Source of the DNA: Chthoniobacteraceae bacterium
Lineage (GTDB): Bacteria; Verrucomicrobiota; Verrucomicrobiia; Chthoniobacterales; Chthoniobacteraceae
Reading direction: 5' to 3'
Length of the DNA stretch: 29,585 bases
NCBI GenBank assembly: GCA_049692655.1
Contig: JBAVPB010000013.1
Coordinates: 1-29,585 of the forward strand
Of this stretch, positions 25,228 through 29,585 are shown piece by piece (within the stretch, counting starts at the first letter, position 1; the number at the start of each line of letters is the position of its first letter). A program made the position numbers and the translations under genes. The notes below the pieces were generated by a model. The model had not been told where the DNA came from. It was given only the letters and a program-made list of their open reading frames with translations, and ran no database searches.

Positions 25228-26502
25228 ATGCCAGAATCGAAACCGTCCATAGTTTTTTTGAGTCCTGTGATCCCGGCTTTTTCCGGGAATGGGCTTGCGA
25301 TGCGGGCGGGGCGGAACCTGCAGGCGCTGGCGGGGGAGTTTACGGTGCATCTGCTGGTGGTGGCGATGTACGGGGGGCAGGAGGGCGAGCCGGAGGAGGA
25401 GGTGATTCGCCTTTGTGCAAGCTGGAGACGCATCCTGGCGCCTGTGCCGGCGGCAAAGAAATGGCGCTGGTCGTTGTTCAATTTCCTGAAATGGGGACAG
25501 GGGCGGCTGCCTGCGGAGTGGAGCGGCTGGACGGCGCGCAATGAAAAGGAGGCTGCGGCTTATTTTGCCGAGACAAAGTGTGAGCGGCTGTGGGTTTTCC
25601 GGTTTTATCTGCTGCCTTGGGCGCGGGCGTGGCTGGATGGCGGCGGGGAGGCCTGGCTGGATATCGATGAGATGGAATCGGGGGCGCGGGAGAGCCAGGC
25701 GGGGCTGCTGTCGCTCGCGGGGGAGAAAACCGCGGCTGCGCGGTTGCGCGGGGATGCGGGGCTTTATCGCGGGCTTGAGGAGAGGCATTTGCGGAGGTTT
25801 GGGCGGATCGTGACGGCGTCGGAGCTGGAGGCGGAAAGAGTAGCAGCCAAGCTGCAGGAGGAGGCCGTGGTGACCTGGCCGAATGTGGTGGCGATTCCGG
25901 ATGGGGTTCCGGGGGCGTCGAAGGATTCCGGCGATTCTGTATGGCGGCTGCTTTTTGTGGGGAGTCTGGGCCATTTTCCGAACCGGGAGGCGATTCATTT
26001 TGCGGCGCGCGAGGTGTTGCCGCGATTGCAGGCGTTGATTCCGCAGCCGGTGGTGCTGTGCGTGGCGGGCGCGGGGGCAGATGCGCACCGGGAGGCGTTT
26101 CGCGGCCTGCCACATGTGGAATGGCTGGGGACGGTGGCTGACCTGGGGCCCACGTATGCGATGGCGGATCTCGTGCTGGTGCCGTTGCGCGCGGGGGGCG
26201 GGACGCGGATCAAGATCCTGGAGGCATTTGCGCATGGGAAGCCGGTGGTTTCCACGCATACCGGGGCGGAGGGGTTGCGGGGGCTGGAGCGTGGGCGGGA
26301 GTTGCTGCTTGCGGATGACCCGGCGGAGATCGCGGCGGCGTGCGCGGATTTATTTTACGATGCGCAAAAGCGGGAGGCGCTGGCGGCGAATGGACGCGCA
26401 TGCGTGGCGGAGCGGTACTCCCCGGCGAACCTCGGGGCGCTCGCGGCGGCATTGCGTGGGGAGATGGACGCTACGCGTGCGGGATCACGAGGCCGGGAAT
26501 GA
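25228..26502 (+). CDS. Glycosyltransferase family 4 (GT-B, 'group 1')
   Basis: 424 aa. C-terminal GT-B signature GGTRIKILEAFAHGKPVVSTHTGAEGL (E-x7-E region). Divergent from the GT2 gene. Confidence 0.8.
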   Translation: MPESKPSIVFLSPVIPAFSGNGLAMRAGRNLQALAGEFTVHLLVVAMYGGQEGEPEEEVIRLCASWRRILAPVPAAKKWRWSLFNFLKWGQGRLPAEWSGWTARNEKEAAAYFAETKCERLWVFRFYLLPWARAWLDGGGEAWLDIDEMESGARESQAGLLSLAGEKTAAARLRGDAGLYRGLEERHLRRFGRIVTASELEAERVAAKLQEEAVVTWPNVVAIPDGVPGASKDSGDSVWRLLFVGSLGHFPNREAIHFAAREVLPRLQALIPQPVVLCVAGAGADAHREAFRGLPHVEWLGTVADLGPTYAMADLVLVPLRAGGGTRIKILEAFAHGKPVVSTHTGAEGLRGLERGRELLLADDPAEIAAACADLFYDAQKREALAANGRACVAERYSPANLGALAAALRGEMDATRAGSRGRE

Positions 26503-27391
26503 CGAGCAGGGCGTCGGGCAGCGCAGTTTCATTTTGCGCGCTGCTGAACCTGCGCGTCCAATAATCGCGGTGGCCGTAAAGAAAACGGGGGTTCGGCTTG
26601 CGGGGGACGATGATTTCGAATCCGTCGCGCTGGAAGCGTTCGCGCACGCCATCGGCCGCCTCCCACCAGCCGCCGAGCAATTGCTGCGACTTTGCGTTTC
26701 TCCACTTTTCCATGACGGCGAGAAAATCGGGGCGCACGGTCACGGAATCGTCGAAGGTCGCGATCCACGTATTCTGTTCCCCGGCGAGCCAATGCGTGAC
26801 GCCAGCCTTAAGGGCATCGTTGGCGCCAGCCGGCTGGAAATCCGCGCGGTATTTTCCGCAGAGATCGCGGCAGGCCGCGTGGAAAGTTTCGTCACCCTGG
26901 ACCGGGACCACCACCACGGCCAGATGCAACAGCGAAAGGCTGCGCAGGGTTGCGTCGAGGGTTGCGGTTTTCGTACGGGCCAGCACCACGCAGGCGGTGG
27001 CTTCACTGGAGAGGGATCGTTTTGCCGCGTCGAGTTTCTCGAGCAGGACGAGGTTTTCATTGAACGCCCCGAGATGGTCGCCGGAAATGGCTGGCAGCGG
27101 CGAGGACTGCGGCATGAAGAAAAGAAAGACCGGGCTGGCGAAGACGCATTTCCACCCGTCGCGTATCGCCTGCAAAATGGGAACGGGAAGTTCGTGCATC
27201 AAGCCCTTGTGAATGGCGACCCCGCGATAATCCCGGAGAACCTCGGTCATATGAATCCAGTCGTATGAGAAGACCTTCGGGAGATCGGGAAGAAGCTCGC
27301 GCGGGCCGATAAAAGGAGCATCGTCGCCGATGGTCTGCCTGATGAAATCCGTGATTTCAGTCCAAAACGGATCACGGACTGGTAATGTCAT
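26471..27391 (-). CDS. Glycosyltransferase family 2-like protein with an unknown ~120-aa N-terminal domain
   Basis: 306 aa. The C-terminal two-thirds have ACVVLARTKTATLDATLRSL, VVVVPVQGDETF and ATFDDSVTV, resembling the GT2 start/DXD blocks. Confidence 0.5.
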   Translation of the reverse strand: MTLPVRDPFWTEITDFIRQTIGDDAPFIGPRELLPDLPKVFSYDWIHMTEVLRDYRGVAIHKGLMHELPVPILQAIRDGWKCVFASPVFLFFMPQSSPLPAISGDHLGAFNENLVLLEKLDAAKRSLSSEATACVVLARTKTATLDATLRSLSLLHLAVVVVPVQGDETFHAACRDLCGKYRADFQPAGANDALKAGVTHWLAGEQNTWIATFDDSVTVRPDFLAVMEKWRNAKSQQLLGGWWEAADGVRERFQRDGFEIIVPRKPNPRFLYGHRDYWTRRFSSAQNETALPDALLVIPGLVIPHA

Positions 27392-27489
27392 GCGACATTA
27401 CCTATGGTGCGCGGAATCGGAATGTCAACGCCTTTACATCCACCCATCTCCAGACCGCCTGCCGCCAGACAATGGGGGAAACGTCTCTC

Positions 27490-29585
27490 ATGAAACAGCC
27501 GGTCACCCCCTGGTATGCGCCGCCGGCCCAATGGATGGAAGCGCCCTGGCATGGCCGCAAATGGCGGGAGGCGATGGCTGCCGACAGCCCCTACCCTGCA
27601 GACCGATTTTCCGGACGCGGGATCGTTTTCAGCACGGGGGGAGAGACGCATTTCACGAACCTGTGGGTGAATCTCTGCCTGTTGCGGCGCATTCACCAAT
27701 GCACGCTGCCCGTGGAGGTGTGGCATTTTGGCGACAGCGAATTGAACGCCCCGATGGCCGCGCTGTTGCAGGAGTTTGACGTGCGGATCGTGAACGGTGA
27801 GGCGCTCGCGGACGATCTGCCCGGCGACCGGTGGCGGGGCTTTGCGCTCAAGAGCCTGGCGATCATCCACAGCGGGTTCCAGGAGGTGTTGTTCCTGGAC
27901 ACGGACAGCCATCCGGTGCGCGATCCCTCGTTTTTATTTGAGGAACGGGCTTACCGCTGGGCGGGCTCGTGTTTCTGGCCGGACATCTGGCGGACGGGCC
28001 CGGATTCAAAAATCTGGGAAGCGCTGGATCTTCACTTTGTGGACGAGGATGAATGGGAGACAGGCCAGCTCGTGATCGACAAGAGCCGGTGCTGGCGCGC
28101 GCTGAATCTCGTGGAGCATTTGAACCGGCATTTCACGTATTACTACCAGCACGTATATGGCGACAAAATGACCTTTTACGCCGCGTGGAAAAAACTGGAC
28201 CAGCCGTATGCGATGACGCCGCGCAGCACGAGGCTGTCGGCCACGCCCTCTTCCCGGATGTTGCTGAACCAGCATGATTTCGAGGGAGAGCTGCTGTTCC
28301 AACACCGCACGGGCTGCGAATGGAGCCTGGAGGAAGGGGCGGAGAGAGGCTCGGATTCCGTACACCAGGAGGCGTGCGAGAAGTTCCTCGATGAACTGCG
28401 TGAAAAATGGCCCCCAGGGGAAAGAACCTGCGCCCCGGCATTGCAGGGCAAACGGATGCATACATCCCCGCCGGTGGCGCAACGGTTGCTGGCGGCCATC
28501 CTGCCAAAGGCGGTGGCGGGCAAACGACAGCCGGCACGGACTTTGCCCGTGAACACGACTGCGACGCCGTGGGAGAGGATGGCGCGGCAGATCGTGCATT
28601 CCCCCCGCCTCGCGACGCCGCGCCTGATGGGCACGGCGATCGAGGGTTTGCAGGAATCCGACGAAAAGACGGGGCGCGCCATTTTTGGTTTCTTTGCGGC
28701 GTGTATATTTGTGGACCCGCGCCTTGCGGAAATGATGCCGGAGAGGCTCGATATTGAGGGAACCCCCTTGCAGGATGAGTGGGCGATCCTTGCGGAATTC
28801 ACAAAACAGGCGCGCGGGCTGCCCGGGATCACCGGGCTGCTGCCGGTGCATGGGAATTCCCCGTTTCCAAATCCCACGGCCAGACTGACTCCCCGGGAAA
28901 AAATGCTGGCTGACTGGCTGGAGGAAATTCTTCACGGGGTATGGAAAGTGAAAGGGGCCAGCAGCGATGGAAGCGCCGCCCCTTCCCGTGCAATTACAAA
29001 ACCGTGGCGTGTAAAACGGCGCGCAGAGACCGTGCTCGTGCTGACCCCGTTGAAAAATGCCGCGGATCTTGCGGAAGGGTATTGCGAACGGCTCGCTCGG
29101 CTCAGCTATCCGCCTGAATTGCTGTCCATGGGCCTGCTGGAAAGCGACAGCACGGATGGGACGCATGAAGTTTTTGACAAGGCGCTGGACCTGCTCCGCC
29201 CCCGGTGGAAAAGCACGGGACTGTGGAAACAGGATTACCATTACACCATCCCGGAGGGCATGCACCGGTGGCACTCCACGATCCAGCTCAAGCGGCGTGA
29301 GATTCTGGCGCTGGGCCGCAATGAGTTGCTGCTCCGGGCGCTGAAAGACGAGGACTGGGTGCTATGGCTGGATGCCGACGTGATGGAATACCCGCGCGAT
29401 ATCATCGAGCAGCTCCTCTCCCACGGGAAGGAAATCCTCCAGCCCCATTGCGTGCAGGACTACGGCGGCCATACCTTCGACCAGAATGCGTGGCGCGACC
29501 GCAACCGCCTCCATATGGATGCCCTGCGGGGACGGGAAATCCTGTCGCCCCTGGATGCGGTGGGAGGGACGATGCTCCTGATCCG
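27490..29585 (+). CDS. Large two-domain glycosyltransferase (N-terminal DXD nucleotide-sugar transferase domain plus C-terminal GT2-like domain), 3'-truncated by the window end
   Basis: Frame 1 is open from the ATG at 27490 (GGGGGA 9 bp upstream) to the window end, at least 698 codons. It is absent from the ORF track because no stop occurs. The N-terminal domain has GIVFSTGGETHF and LFLDTDSHPVRDPSFLF (DTD as the DXD motif). The C-terminal domain has VLVLTPLKNAADLAEGY...LLESDSTDGT...WLDADVMEYPRD (GT2-like). The opposite-strand track ORFs 27388..27912 and 28006..29274 are R/P/G-rich antisense artefacts. Confidence 0.7.
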   Translation, partial: MKQPVTPWYAPPAQWMEAPWHGRKWREAMAADSPYPADRFSGRGIVFSTGGETHFTNLWVNLCLLRRIHQCTLPVEVWHFGDSELNAPMAALLQEFDVRIVNGEALADDLPGDRWRGFALKSLAIIHSGFQEVLFLDTDSHPVRDPSFLFEERAYRWAGSCFWPDIWRTGPDSKIWEALDLHFVDEDEWETGQLVIDKSRCWRALNLVEHLNRHFTYYYQHVYGDKMTFYAAWKKLDQPYAMTPRSTRLSATPSSRMLLNQHDFEGELLFQHRTGCEWSLEEGAERGSDSVHQEACEKFLDELREKWPPGERTCAPALQGKRMHTSPPVAQRLLAAILPKAVAGKRQPARTLPVNTTATPWERMARQIVHSPRLATPRLMGTAIEGLQESDEKTGRAIFGFFAACIFVDPRLAEMMPERLDIEGTPLQDEWAILAEFTKQARGLPGITGLLPVHGNSPFPNPTARLTPREKMLADWLEEILHGVWKVKGASSDGSAAPSRAITKPWRVKRRAETVLVLTPLKNAADLAEGYCERLARLSYPPELLSMGLLESDSTDGTHEVFDKALDLLRPRWKSTGLWKQDYHYTIPEGMHRWHSTIQLKRREILALGRNELLLRALKDEDWVLWLDADVMEYPRDIIEQLLSHGKEILQPHCVQDYGGHTFDQNAWRDRNRLHMDALRGREILSPLDAVGGTMLLI

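Noticed and set aside
24037-26259. 740-aa track ORF on the minus strand
   Set aside because: Only the C-terminal 363 codons (24037..25128) have GT2 motifs and a proper ATG. The N-terminal 377 codons are an R/P-rich frame-shadow over the well-supported plus-strand GT4 gene.
28006-29274. 422-aa minus-strand ORF, and also 27388..27912 (-)
   Set aside because: R/P/G-rich low-complexity antisense translation. The plus-strand frame 1 encodes coherent GT-A/GT2 domain motifs and is open to the window end.
1-29585. CRISPR arrays, tRNA/rRNA genes, integrase or transposase, and terminal inverted repeats of an IS element
   Set aside because: None found. There are no regularly spaced direct repeats with unique spacers, no tRNA-like T-arm (GTTCGAATC) motifs, and no ORF with integrase or DDE motifs. 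The repeats present are short and intergenic.

Overview
This is a high-GC (roughly 60-65%) bacterial chromosomal segment. Its gene content (lpxB, GH38-like hydrolase, many glycosyltransferases) suggests a Gram-negative, possibly Verrucomicrobia-like, organism. About 25 genes can be supported. (1) Left third: cell-envelope genes. A condensation-domain-like acyltransferase is translationally coupled to lpxB. An MBOAT plus SGNH-like pair (AlgI/AlgJ or PatA/PatB type O-acetylation) is present. There are also a secreted CAP-domain protein, a stand-alone CheY-like receiver, a GH-A clan glycosidase, a membrane-anchored C39-like cysteine peptidase and a secreted hypothetical protein. (2) Centre: an ABC-F (Uup-like) ATPase lies behind an unusual AT-rich leader region packed with a palindrome and three phased short tandem repeat arrays. 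It is followed by a complete four-gene Wadjet (jetABCD, MukFEB/condensin-like plus Toprim nuclease) anti-plasmid defence operon with overlapping start/stop codons. (3) Right third: a long AT-rich, structured intergenic region, an SPFH/band-7 lipoprotein, a 65-aa ORF, a Bax-inhibitor-1/YccA-family membrane protein, a GH38-like hydrolase and a cluster of four glycosyltransferase genes. The last of these is a large two-domain glycosyltransferase that is missing from the ORF track because it runs off the window end. Two families of short dispersed repeats occur. One is a 34-bp hairpin element found after two genes. The other is a ~30-40-bp GGTTGGCAAGGGTTGATTAGCCC element found three times; two direct copies bracket the block that contains Wadjet. 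No rRNA, tRNA, CRISPR array, integrase or transposase was detected. Many track ORFs are antisense or frame-shadow artefacts typical of high-GC DNA. Self-derived coordinates may be off by 1-2 nt.
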